Part shown: in pieces, positions 16,291 through 25,754 of the stretch
Layout: every line of letters starts with the position of its first letter
How positions within the stretch are numbered: position 1 is the stretch's first letter
NCBI GenBank assembly: GCA_046861395.1
Contig: JBHHUC010000001.1
Coordinates: 1-64,000 of the forward strand
DNA: 64,000 bases
From: Fidelibacterota bacterium
GTDB lineage: Bacteria; Fidelibacterota; Marinisomatia; Marinisomatales; JABMOV01
Direction: 5' to 3'
The notes under the pieces: model-generated
Databases searched by the model: none
Told to the model about the DNA's origin: nothing
The model's input: the letters and a program-made list of their open reading frames with translations, nothing else
Position numbers and translations under genes: made by a program

Positions 16291-17904
16291 TTAGCGAATA
16301 TCGGCCAATAGCCAGCCGTGGGGATCGATGGTAATTCTCGGCCAGCCGGAGAAGGTTACCGTCGTACCAGCATTTGAAACGGAAATTATTCGATAGTCGG
16401 GTTCGTCTTCTTTGCCAATTCCAATCTCCACCGGCAGGGATAGATTTCCGCCAATCCATTTCAGGGTCAGAGACATTTTAAAGAAAGATCGCTTTTTCTC
16501 CACTTTCAAAACCGGGATTTCACTGCGATAAAGGTAGCGCTGAAAAAACGGTGTTAGATCGTAAGAACTGTAGCCCTGAGCCAGGGCTATGAAATCATCC
16601 GCGAGGATCTGATTGTACGGGCGGCCTTTATCTTCCTGAACAGTTCGATACAGGAGAGAATCCAACGCCGTCTTTCCAATTATGAATCGCAACATGTGCA
16701 GAAGGCTGGCTCCTTTGTAATAAATATCGTTGGAATACACTTCATTTGTGGTGGCGTTTCGTTTGGGAATGATAGGCTGGATGTTTTGAATTTTTGATCT
16801 CTGGTTTCGGAAAAAATCAAAATAGGCCTGTGGTCCGAACAGATCCTCTACATAAAGGGCTTCGGCATAAATTGCCGTTCCCTCATGAAGCCAGAAATCA
16901 GCCCAGTCCGCTGCCGTAAGATAATTTCCCCACCATTCATGAGCCATTTCGTGGAATAAGAGAAAGTCGTATCCTTTGTCTGTCTTACGGTAATGATTAC
17001 CATAGGAATTGATGGTTTGGTGTTCCATGCCATAATAACTTGACTGGGCCAGACCGAATTTTTCCTTTATCCAAGGATATTCGCCGAAATGCCGGGAAAA
17101 GAACGATAGCATGTTTTCCGCCTCAAGCAACAGCGCATCAGCCCCCGGTTCATCTTCCCTCAAGACATAAAACACCATATCCATGTCATGCTTCCCCGGG
17201 TACCGGCGCTGATGAACGACATAGTCGGCAATATTCACCGTTATGCTGTAATTGTTGATGGGATACCGCGTCTTCCAATGCCAGGTTTTCCAACCCTGCT
17301 CCGCCGGACGAACCCCAACCAGGATACCGTTACTGGCGCAGGTCAGGGCGGCGGGGATCGTGAAGAATAAATTTACCGAATCCGGTTCATCGGAAGGATG
17401 GTCCTTGCAGGGCCACCAAATTTTCGCCCCCTCTCCCTGACAGGAAACACCCACCCAAGGCGTTCCGTTTTGGTCTTCGCTCCAGATAAAGCCTCCATCC
17501 CAGGGCGGGTTTTTCGCTTCCGGAGGTTTGCCCTCATAGTCGACTCGCATCGTAAGAACGGTGGCGTCAGGAATGTCCGGTGGCACCATGATGAATATTT
17601 TATCCTGATTGCGCACATAGCCGGTCGGATGGCCATTGATGGCAACGGACTGGACAGTATAGGTTTTTATCAGATCCAGTTCGATTTCTTTCAGGGGCGG
17701 CGAAACCGGTTGCAGGAGAATGTCCACATAGCCCGACAGGTAACGGGCCGCCGGATCAATCTTCAGGTGAATGCCATAGGCTGAAACATCGTAAGCGGCC
17801 TGCAAGGCACTTAGTTCACCGCCCGAAGTCCAGGAAGGATAATCCTGGGATATCCCTGCCGTATAACACAGCAGGACAGAGAAAAATATTCGGCTGTATA
17901 TCAT
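16291..17904 (-). CDS. secreted M1-family aminopeptidase
   Basis: GMEH, HEMAHEWWGN..WLHEG, IYYKGA. Start likely ATG 17904, which gives a signal peptide. Confidence 0.92.
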   Translation of the reverse strand: MIYSRIFFSVLLCYTAGISQDYPSWTSGGELSALQAAYDVSAYGIHLKIDPAARYLSGYVDILLQPVSPPLKEIELDLIKTYTVQSVAINGHPTGYVRNQDKIFIMVPPDIPDATVLTMRVDYEGKPPEAKNPPWDGGFIWSEDQNGTPWVGVSCQGEGAKIWWPCKDHPSDEPDSVNLFFTIPAALTCASNGILVGVRPAEQGWKTWHWKTRYPINNYSITVNIADYVVHQRRYPGKHDMDMVFYVLREDEPGADALLLEAENMLSFFSRHFGEYPWIKEKFGLAQSSYYGMEHQTINSYGNHYRKTDKGYDFLLFHEMAHEWWGNYLTAADWADFWLHEGTAIYAEALYVEDLFGPQAYFDFFRNQRSKIQNIQPIIPKRNATTNEVYSNDIYYKGASLLHMLRFIIGKTALDSLLYRTVQEDKGRPYNQILADDFIALAQGYSSYDLTPFFQRYLYRSEIPVLKVEKKRSFFKMSLTLKWIGGNLSLPVEIGIGKEDEPDYRIISVSNAGTTVTFSGWPRITIDPHGWLLADIR

Positions 17905-17968
17905 GGTGTAGAATTTACTTCGGCCGGGAATAATCGTTTGTAATTTCTTTGAATGGTACTGTTGCGTC

Positions 17969-18784
17969 ATGCCTGAATTGCCTGAAGTCGAAACGGTGGT
18001 TCGCTACGTCCGGCCAAAACTGGTGAACCAGACATTTATTTCCCTACGGGCTGAGAATCAATTCACCAATGTTTTCCTGCCTCAATCGGAACAGGAAATA
18101 AATAACCATATCACGGGACAAAAGATTCTGGCCGTCAATCGCCGCGCCAAATATATTCTCTTTGAACTGGAGACCGGTTGGCTGAGTATCCATTTACGCA
18201 TGACCGGCCGTTTGCTTTTCCGGCTGGGTGAATCAGATCAAAATCGGCACCTGACGGCCCGTTTCCAATTTGCTGACGGTTCACAGTTGTTCTTCAAGGA
18301 TTACCGGAAATTCGGCCGAATTCATTATCACCGGGAGCTCATGGACCTGGAAACCCGGCTGGGACCTGAGCCTCTGGGTGAATATTTTTCGGTGGACTGG
18401 TTTTTTTCGGCATTGCAACACAGGCGTCGAAGTATAAAGGCTTTATTATTGGATCAATCCTTCCTGGCGGGCCTGGGTAACATCTATGTTGATGAAGCGT
18501 TGTGGGCGGCCCGGATTCATCCGGCCACCGCGGCCAATCATATCAGCCGGATAAAAACCCGCCGCCTACACGGGGCGATTCAGGACATACTTTCACGCGC
18601 TATAAAATATCAGGGAACGACAATCATCAATTTTTACTTCGGGGAACGAAAAACCGGCAATTTCCGTGATTATTTACAGGTGTTCGGAAAAGAGGGTCTG
18701 CCCTGCCCCCGCTGCGGCACGCGTATACAGAAAATACGGGAGGCACAACGCGGCACTCACATTTGCCCCCATTGTCAAAAATAG
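17969..18784 (+). CDS. mutM: formamidopyrimidine-DNA glycosylase
   Basis: MPELPEVE, HLRMTG, LLDQ..GLGNIY, C-terminal CPRC..CPHCQ zinc finger. Confidence 0.98.
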   Translation: MPELPEVETVVRYVRPKLVNQTFISLRAENQFTNVFLPQSEQEINNHITGQKILAVNRRAKYILFELETGWLSIHLRMTGRLLFRLGESDQNRHLTARFQFADGSQLFFKDYRKFGRIHYHRELMDLETRLGPEPLGEYFSVDWFFSALQHRRRSIKALLLDQSFLAGLGNIYVDEALWAARIHPATAANHISRIKTRRLHGAIQDILSRAIKYQGTTIINFYFGERKTGNFRDYLQVFGKEGLPCPRCGTRIQKIREAQRGTHICPHCQK

Positions 18785-18811
18785 AAACCCCGATCCAGAG
18801 ATCGGGGTTTT
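18785..18811 (+). terminator. rho-independent terminator after mutM
   Basis: AAACCCCGATC-CAGA-GATCGGGGTTTT immediately after the stop codon. Confidence 0.75.
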
Positions 18812-19021
18812 CCGAAGGGATTATTCGGAATTGGAGAGACGGGAATTTATGGCGATTTACCCCATACCTGTTGTGATGAACTTCACTGATTATTCAACTT
18901 TTTTTATTGCAGGTACGCTATTAGTCAAATAATGTTATTTTCTCCGTAAACACCAACCTGATCCGGAAAATACAATGGCATAATTATCGCTGTTTTTTCA
19001 TAAAAAAGACATTCAAAATGC

Positions 19022-19468
19022 TTATCCTTTTACGCGATATTGATACTGAATTATTCCCCGGCCCGGGATAACATCCAGGGCCTTTTCAAATTCCAGGGCG
19101 GCCTGATAATTCGATCCGCTGAACAATGATATTCCCTTCCCGAACACAACCGGATGAATCGTCAGAAATAAATGGGTAAGAAAGGGTGCGAATTTTACGT
19201 TTGTCCGGCCGCCGCCGGCAATAAAACAGCGACGGCTGTTCAGAGATGCCAGCACTGCTTCGGGATCATCATTGCGGTGAACGATTATTACATCGCGACC
19301 GGTCAGCTCATTCTTCAGCAAGCCGGCCGTGGTAGACCCCAGAATCACCGGGCATCCCATGGTTTGTTGCCGGAACAATGCTTTATCCTGCGTCCACTCC
19401 AGGCGGTCATGTTCCCGGCGGGCAATGAACCCGTCAGCAGAAAGGGCGGCTATGAGGATGATGTTCAT
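19022..19468 (-). CDS. dihydrofolate reductase / RibD C-terminal family protein
   Basis: IAALSADGFIA, FRQQTMGCPVILG, FIAGGG, HPVVFGKGISLF. Confidence 0.8.
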   Translation of the reverse strand: MNIILIAALSADGFIARREHDRLEWTQDKALFRQQTMGCPVILGSTTAGLLKNELTGRDVIIVHRNDDPEAVLASLNSRRCFIAGGGRTNVKFAPFLTHLFLTIHPVVFGKGISLFSGSNYQAALEFEKALDVIPGRGIIQYQYRVKG

Positions 19469-19526
19469 AAAAAAGGGTACGGCTCAATCCGAACCGTACC
19501 CTCGTGATCCATATCTTGTTTTCTGC

Positions 19527-22298
19527 TTATTCCTTAATCGGGTTACCGCTCTCATCGATGGTTCCGGCCGTAACAATGACCAGTTGATCGGGATGAATGT
19601 ATTTCCGGATAGCCTTATTCACCTGATCCAGGGTCAGGCTGTTGATCAGGCCAGGATAATCATCGAGAAAACTGGTGGGGCGGCCCCGTTCAGCATTCGT
19701 AAGAATCTGTCCCGCCAACCCGCGAGTCGTTGCCAGTCCCACTTTATAGGAACCGGTTATGGTGTTTTTCTTGGCGTCCAGTTCTTCAGCGGTAATGCCA
19801 TCCTTCACCCATTTTTCAATTTGTTCCAAGGTGGCTTCCTTTCCCTGGGCCAGTAATTCGGGAGCAAAAGTACCCCAGGTATACCAATAGCCGTCATTAC
19901 CGTTATCCACTCCGCGAAGGGTGGATCCTATTCCGTAGGTCAGTCCCTGTTCATCTCGTACGGTCTGCATCAGACGGGCGGAGAAATTCCCACCCAATAC
20001 ATAGATGCCTACATACAGGGGATAATAATCTTCATGATTACGGTCGATACCAACGGCCTGTCCCAGATAGGTGTCAGTGCTGGTTTTGTCCGCCAGCGTA
20101 ACATAGGTTGTTTTAGCCTGGGGCGGATTCGCCCGCTTGTCCGTAGGGATAAGCGACAGTGGTGATTTTTTCCACCCTTTGAATTTCTTTTTCAGCACCT
20201 TAGCCAGTGCTTTTTCATTCACATCACCCACGGCCACAACCCGGATGCTGCCCAGACCGGAATTCCTATCATGAAAAGCTTTCAGATCGTCTACGGTAAT
20301 TTTTTCCAGGCGTTCGATTTCGTCATCAACTCTGGGAGCGTAATTGGGATGACCTTCCGGATACAGGGTTCGCAAGAATTCCCGATTGGCCTGGGTTCGT
20401 GTACTTTCCTTGGCCCGGCGTAACTGACCTGAATACCGCTTTTTCAGGGTGGCCAGGTCTTCTTCGTTAAAGGCCGGTTCACGAAGCTGTTCCGCCAGGA
20501 GATCTATCACCATGGGTACATCGTCTTTCAAACAACGCACACTGAAATTGACATAGTATTGACTGCTGTTAAAGCTCATTTCCGCGCCTACCGACTCCAG
20601 TTTTTCGCTGATGGCGAATTTATCGTGTTTTTTCGTTCCCTGATCCAGCATGGCAGCGGTGAGATCGGCTACCATGGAATTATCTTTGGGGCTGAATTCA
20701 TCACCTCCCAGTAAACTGCCGCGGATAGTGACCACATCCTTTACCGGCGTTTTCATGGTATACAGAGCCAATCCCTTTAATACGTCTTTTTTGCGAATCT
20801 GATCAGACAGCAAGGTTTGGGACGGGGCGCTCTGCGGTGTAAAGGTCAGTGGCCCGACAGCACCGTTTTCATTGTTGGGTCGCCAGTTCAGTGGGGCATG
20901 AACGGCTTTGGCTCCGTCCGTTGCATCTCCGGCCGTTCCAGCCTGTTCGTCTCCAGTGAGAGGAAGGAAAATCCCTGTCGTACTTTTATCTTCCAGCAGA
21001 TAGGTTTGGGCTACGCGCTGTACATCATTCGTCGTCACGGCTTCAATTTTTTCCACGAATGTCGTATAGTAGGTCCAATCGCCAATAGCAATCGCTTCAT
21101 TTAACTGACTGGCAATGGAGTAGGAGCCGTCCCGGCCGTAGGCGGCGTCGGCCCGAATCTGGGCTTTGGCCCGTTCCACTTCTTCCTCCGTTACACCATC
21201 CGTCTTTAGGGTGTTCAATTCTTCCCATATAATTCCTTCCACCTCTTCCGGGTCCGTGCCGGGCGTCAGAAAGGCATAGGTGATAAATAAACCGTTATCA
21301 TGGAAGGGGAAATCCCACATGAACAATGAGGTAGCCAGTCCTTTATCCACAATTCGCTTATACAATCGGCTGGATTTCCCGGCCCCCAGAATACTGGACA
21401 TGATCTGGAGGGGATAGGTGTCGGCATGGCGGCCGTCCGGTGTCTTGAAGGCAATGCCAACAATCGCATTTTGACCAGACCGTTTCACGGTTACCCGTCG
21501 CGGACCTTCCTGCTCTGGTTCCTTGGTGTACATCGGTGGAATTTCTTCGGGACTGCTGTTGTATTTACCGAAATGCTCTTTGACCATTGTCAGGGCTTCT
21601 TCGGTATTAAAATCACCGATAATGGTTACCGTCGCATTGTTGGGCCAATAAAACGTATCATAGAAGGCCTTCAGGCGTTCAATGGGTACATTTTCAATAT
21701 CTTCTTTCCAGCCGATGGTGGAATGGTGATAGGGGTGGGCCTGATAGGCGGTGGCCCAGATGTTTTTATCCAATGAACTGAAGGGATCGTTCTCTCCCCG
21801 CTCAAATTCATTGCGCACCACCGTCATTTCCGATTGCCGGTCCTCGTCCCGGATAAAAGCATTCCGCATGCGGTCTGCTTCGATTTTTATAGCCCGCTCT
21901 AAGTGTTCGCTGGGAAGTAATTCAAAATAATTGGTCCGATCCATCCAAGTCGTGGCATTGATCTGTGCACCCACGTTCTGAAGAATGGTCCAGATGGGCG
22001 TTCCCAGATCCTTGTTGAAATTCTTGGACCCCTTAAACATCAGATGTTCCAGCATATGGGTGGAACCGGTATAGCCGATGGCTTCATTCCGCGACCCCAC
22101 ATGATAGGTGACCATGAAAGTGGCCACCGGCGCAGAATGGTCTTCCATCAAAAGGACGGTAAGACCATTGTCCGTCAGTTTATATTCATTTATTCCACCG
22201 GAAGTCTTTACATATTCAAATCCCGCTACATTGGTTTTTGCCATAATTCCACCTGTTAAAAAAAGTAAGCCCGTTAAGGCGATCATGATATTTTTCAT
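19527..22298 (-). CDS. M16 (pitrilysin/PqqL-like) zinc protease, exported
   Basis: Inverted Zn motif HMLEH, NATTW, VVRNE, RDEQGLTY in the second half. Signal peptide. Confidence 0.95.
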   Translation of the reverse strand: MKNIMIALTGLLFLTGGIMAKTNVAGFEYVKTSGGINEYKLTDNGLTVLLMEDHSAPVATFMVTYHVGSRNEAIGYTGSTHMLEHLMFKGSKNFNKDLGTPIWTILQNVGAQINATTWMDRTNYFELLPSEHLERAIKIEADRMRNAFIRDEDRQSEMTVVRNEFERGENDPFSSLDKNIWATAYQAHPYHHSTIGWKEDIENVPIERLKAFYDTFYWPNNATVTIIGDFNTEEALTMVKEHFGKYNSSPEEIPPMYTKEPEQEGPRRVTVKRSGQNAIVGIAFKTPDGRHADTYPLQIMSSILGAGKSSRLYKRIVDKGLATSLFMWDFPFHDNGLFITYAFLTPGTDPEEVEGIIWEELNTLKTDGVTEEEVERAKAQIRADAAYGRDGSYSIASQLNEAIAIGDWTYYTTFVEKIEAVTTNDVQRVAQTYLLEDKSTTGIFLPLTGDEQAGTAGDATDGAKAVHAPLNWRPNNENGAVGPLTFTPQSAPSQTLLSDQIRKKDVLKGLALYTMKTPVKDVVTIRGSLLGGDEFSPKDNSMVADLTAAMLDQGTKKHDKFAISEKLESVGAEMSFNSSQYYVNFSVRCLKDDVPMVIDLLAEQLREPAFNEEDLATLKKRYSGQLRRAKESTRTQANREFLRTLYPEGHPNYAPRVDDEIERLEKITVDDLKAFHDRNSGLGSIRVVAVGDVNEKALAKVLKKKFKGWKKSPLSLIPTDKRANPPQAKTTYVTLADKTSTDTYLGQAVGIDRNHEDYYPLYVGIYVLGGNFSARLMQTVRDEQGLTYGIGSTLRGVDNGNDGYWYTWGTFAPELLAQGKEATLEQIEKWVKDGITAEELDAKKNTITGSYKVGLATTRGLAGQILTNAERGRPTSFLDDYPGLINSLTLDQVNKAIRKYIHPDQLVIVTAGTIDESGNPIKE

Positions 22299-22487
22299 AT
22301 GATTCTCATTGGTTGATGTTCGTTGTTCTCAAACCCATGGACTAACGCTCGGTAAAAGAGATGTCCTTTGCCGCGCAATTTATTGATCTATCCCTATGGA
22401 GCACCACGTCGGCACCGAAGTTTCGGCAGACAGAACCTGTGGCACCTTTCTTGTTTCGCTCAAGGGCGATTGCTCGAAACCGGGATG

Positions 22488-22528
22488 AATCTAATTTTTG
22501 ATTAAACCGGAGTTAAATCGAAGTTAAA
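22488..22528 (-). promoter_or_regulatory. three 11-bp-periodic direct repeats (OmpR/PhoB-family box-like) with a -10-like hexamer, upstream of the M16 gene
   Basis: On the minus strand TTTAACTT-cga-TTTAACTC-cgg-TTTAATCA, then 5 nt, then TAGATT. Confidence 0.45.
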
Positions 22529-22566
22529 GTTCCCCCTTCCGTCCGTTGTTTGCAACTATTCTGTTC

Positions 22567-23055
22567 TTATTTCCGCTCAGCTACTAGCGACTTCGTTGTA
22601 GGGAAAAACTGCCCCGTCTTAGCCATGTATTGGCGGTATTTATTACCAAACCTTTCCAACAACCAGCGCTCCTCCGCTTGCACCAGCCAGGACCAAAACA
22701 AGGACAGGGGCAGCACCGACAGCAAAAGGGACCAGGAAAATTGGAGCACGGCCAGCAAGCCTGTGAGAGAATAAATAATTCCACTGTATAAAGGATGACG
22801 AACAAACTGATATGGCCCTTCTGTCGCCAGCGATTTTCCCCAGCCGGACTGGTTTAATTGTCGTATACTGCCGATTGTAAGATAAACAATGTCCATGAGA
22901 AACATCAGTATCAGGACCATCCTTAACCAGGAGACAATAGCCAGCTTGGGAACAAAGAAAGCGTCCAGGAACATGGCAATCACCCAGATTGTGACGGTGG
23001 CGGCTAATCCCGTCAGGGCAACACCGCTTTTTTGTTTAAATGATTGAATATTCAT
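22567..23055 (-). CDS. isoprenylcysteine carboxyl methyltransferase / PEMT-family membrane protein
   Basis: LATEGPYQFVRHPLYS and EERWLLERFGNKYRQY motifs. TM helices. Confidence 0.85.
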   Translation of the reverse strand: MNIQSFKQKSGVALTGLAATVTIWVIAMFLDAFFVPKLAIVSWLRMVLILMFLMDIVYLTIGSIRQLNQSGWGKSLATEGPYQFVRHPLYSGIIYSLTGLLAVLQFSWSLLLSVLPLSLFWSWLVQAEERWLLERFGNKYRQYMAKTGQFFPTTKSLVAERK

Positions 23056-24479
23056 TTTTTCTTACGCGGGAGATACAGATCGGTAATGGTTCCCTCGTAG
23101 GCTTCGGCCGCGTTGGCGAACGTTTCGGTGAGGGTGGGATGGGGATGAATAGTGAGTGCGATATCAGTAGCGTCGGCTCCCATTTCAATGGCCAGGGCTG
23201 CTTCTCCGATCAAGTCGCCGGCATTGGGGCCCACAATACCTACACCTAAAACCCGTCGGGTGTCGGGATCAAACAGAATTTTTGTCTTTCCTTCATTCCG
23301 TCCCATGGCCAATGAGCGTCCGCTGGCAGCCCAGGGAAATTCGCCCTTTTCATAGGGGATATTTTCCGCTTTTGCTGTGGTTTCCGTCAGCCCGGCCCAG
23401 GCGATTTCAGGATCGGTAAAAATGACGGCTGGAATGGCGCGGGCATCCATGGCCGCCGGTTCCCCGGCGATAACTTCCGCTACTACCTTTCCCTCGTGGG
23501 TCGCCTTGTGGGCCAGCATGGGATCCCCGGTAACGTCACCAATGGCATAGATGTGAGGATGGGCTGTTTGTTGTTTGTTATTCACGGGAATGAAACCCCG
23601 TTCATCAACGTCAATCCCGGCCTGGTCCAGCCCAAGCTTTCCGGTGTTTGGCTTTCTTCCCACGGAAACCAGGATAGCATCAAAGGTTTCTTGAAAGGAG
23701 GCTTCTCCGGCGGTAAAAGTAACGGCCAGGCCATCTTTTCCTTTTTCAATGCCCGTTACTTTTGTCGTGACATAAATTGTTTTCAGCGCCTTTTTTATCC
23801 TCCGTTGCAAAGGACGAACCAGATCTGGATCAGCGCCGGGCAGCAGGGTCGGCATAAATTCCACCACGGTCACATCCGCTCCAAGCACCTGGTAAACGGT
23901 GCCCAGTTCCAGACCAATATAACCGCCACCGATAACCAGCAGACGGCGGGGAATGTTTTCCAATTCCAAGGCGCCGGTGGACGTCATCATGCCCGGCAAA
24001 TCCATATCCAGTCCCGGGATCAGCGCCGGGCGCGATCCGGTGGCAATGATGGCATGATCAAACGACACGTCTTGGGAATCGTTTTCCCGGCCTCGGATTG
24101 CAAGGCTGTGGTCCGTGGTAAATGTGGCTGTTCCCCGGATCACGGTAATGCCGCGGGCTTTGGCCATTTGAGCAATACCCCGGTTCAGTTGTGAGACGGT
24201 TTTTTCTTTGAAGGCGCGGACTCTGGCAATATCAACGGTTGGGGCGGGAAACTCGACGCCCGCTTTTTTCAGGTCCGCAGCTTCACCCATGACCTTCGCA
24301 ATGTGCAGCAAAGCCTTGGATGGAATGCATCCCCGATTCAGGCAAACGCCTCCCAGTTCCGGGTTTTTATCCACCAGCGTGACCTTTCGGCCCAGATCCG
24401 CGGCACGAAAAGCGGCGGCATATCCGCCCGGTCCGGCCCCGATTACAACAATATCTGTTTTTGCTTCATGGTTTGTCAT
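23052..24479 (-). CDS. lpdA: dihydrolipoyl dehydrogenase (E3)
   Basis: GAGPGGY, GGVCLNRGCIPSK, GGGYIGLE, HPHPTLTE. Confidence 0.97.
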   Translation of the reverse strand: MTNHEAKTDIVVIGAGPGGYAAAFRAADLGRKVTLVDKNPELGGVCLNRGCIPSKALLHIAKVMGEAADLKKAGVEFPAPTVDIARVRAFKEKTVSQLNRGIAQMAKARGITVIRGTATFTTDHSLAIRGRENDSQDVSFDHAIIATGSRPALIPGLDMDLPGMMTSTGALELENIPRRLLVIGGGYIGLELGTVYQVLGADVTVVEFMPTLLPGADPDLVRPLQRRIKKALKTIYVTTKVTGIEKGKDGLAVTFTAGEASFQETFDAILVSVGRKPNTGKLGLDQAGIDVDERGFIPVNNKQQTAHPHIYAIGDVTGDPMLAHKATHEGKVVAEVIAGEPAAMDARAIPAVIFTDPEIAWAGLTETTAKAENIPYEKGEFPWAASGRSLAMGRNEGKTKILFDPDTRRVLGVGIVGPNAGDLIGEAALAIEMGADATDIALTIHPHPTLTETFANAAEAYEGTITDLYLPRKKK

Positions 24480-25744
24480 CAGGGCAGATCCAATCCGTTT
24501 ATTTGTCCGAAATCCGTTAATAGTTCCGCCAGGCGGCGGGTAAAACGGGCAGCCTGGGCCCCGTCAATTACACGGTGATCATACGAAAGGGAAAAGGGAA
24601 GAACCGTGCCGGGTGTGAATTTTCCATCATGGTAAACAGGGACTGTTTTGGCCCGGGAAACACCTAGGATAGCCACTTCCGGGGGATTGATTATGGGGGT
24701 GAAGCCGGTCCCGCTGATTCCACCAAGACTTGATAGCGTGAAGCATCCGCCGCGCATGTCATCGGGCATCAGTTTTTTCCCTCGGGCCTTTTCACTTACC
24801 GTGACCAGCTCGCGGGAAAGTTCAGCATATCCTTTTTGGTCCACATCCCGGAGAACCGGAACGACCAGACCGTTGGGCGTATCCACGGCAACGCCGATAT
24901 GGAAATATTTTTTGTAAATCAAATGTATTCCGGCAGGATCCAGTGATGCATTGAATTCCGGTATTTCCTGCAGGACCTGAACCACCGCTTTCAAGAGAAA
25001 GGGTAATAATGTTATTTTGATATCTTCATCGTTATTTACCGCTTTCAGGGATTTCCGAAACGCCTCCAGAGCTGTAATGTCAGCCTCGTCGAATTGGGTT
25101 ACATGGGGGATGGTTTGCCAGGACTGCTGCAACCGTTCGCCGGTAATCCGTTTGATTTTAGACAATTTCACCGTATCGATTTCACCCCACTGGGAGAAAT
25201 CAACCGCCGGCATCACGGGCCGGGAAACGTTGGACGTACCGCCGGCCAGGATCTGCTTAATATAATTCTGTACATCGTCCCGGGTAATTCGTCCTTTCGC
25301 ACCGGAACCGGTAATCAGAGATAAATCGGCTCCCAGTTCCCGGGCAAAGCGCCGGACGGAAGGACTGGCCAGGGACGGAGATGAAGAACGCTTATTCGGG
25401 GCCGGCGGTGGGACCGGTTTTTCCACCGGAGCTTCTTTTGTTTCTTTTGCCGGAGCCGGTGGCGGTACCGGTTCTTCTTTCGTTTCCGGTGTTTCCTCTG
25501 CGACAGAATCGGTTTCCAAGGTTAGTAGAACCGTGCCGGAACCGATTTCATCACCGGCTGAAACCCGTATTTCCTTGACCGTTCCGGCGGTGGTGGTGGG
25601 AATTTCCATCGACGCCTTTTCCGACTCCAGAATGAGAATGGGATCGTCGGCTTCAACCACATCACCGGGCTTGACCAGAATTTCACTGACTTCAGCGGAG
25701 ACAATGCCTTCGCCAAGGTCGGGGAGAATGATTTCTTTCAGCAT
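24479..25744 (-). CDS. aceF: pyruvate dehydrogenase E2 (dihydrolipoamide acetyltransferase), single lipoyl domain
   Basis: ESEKASME lipoyl site, ASPSVRRFARE E3-binding domain, DHRVIDG. Lies between aceE and lpdA. Confidence 0.93.
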   Translation of the reverse strand: MLKEIILPDLGEGIVSAEVSEILVKPGDVVEADDPILILESEKASMEIPTTTAGTVKEIRVSAGDEIGSGTVLLTLETDSVAEETPETKEEPVPPPAPAKETKEAPVEKPVPPPAPNKRSSSPSLASPSVRRFARELGADLSLITGSGAKGRITRDDVQNYIKQILAGGTSNVSRPVMPAVDFSQWGEIDTVKLSKIKRITGERLQQSWQTIPHVTQFDEADITALEAFRKSLKAVNNDEDIKITLLPFLLKAVVQVLQEIPEFNASLDPAGIHLIYKKYFHIGVAVDTPNGLVVPVLRDVDQKGYAELSRELVTVSEKARGKKLMPDDMRGGCFTLSSLGGISGTGFTPIINPPEVAILGVSRAKTVPVYHDGKFTPGTVLPFSLSYDHRVIDGAQAARFTRRLAELLTDFGQINGLDLP

Positions 25745-25754
25745 ATTTTTCTTT

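Noticed and set aside
18812..19021. Possible small gene or sRNA between mutM and the DHFR-like gene
   Set aside because: Only short ORFs without RBS or motif, and no recognisable RNA structure.
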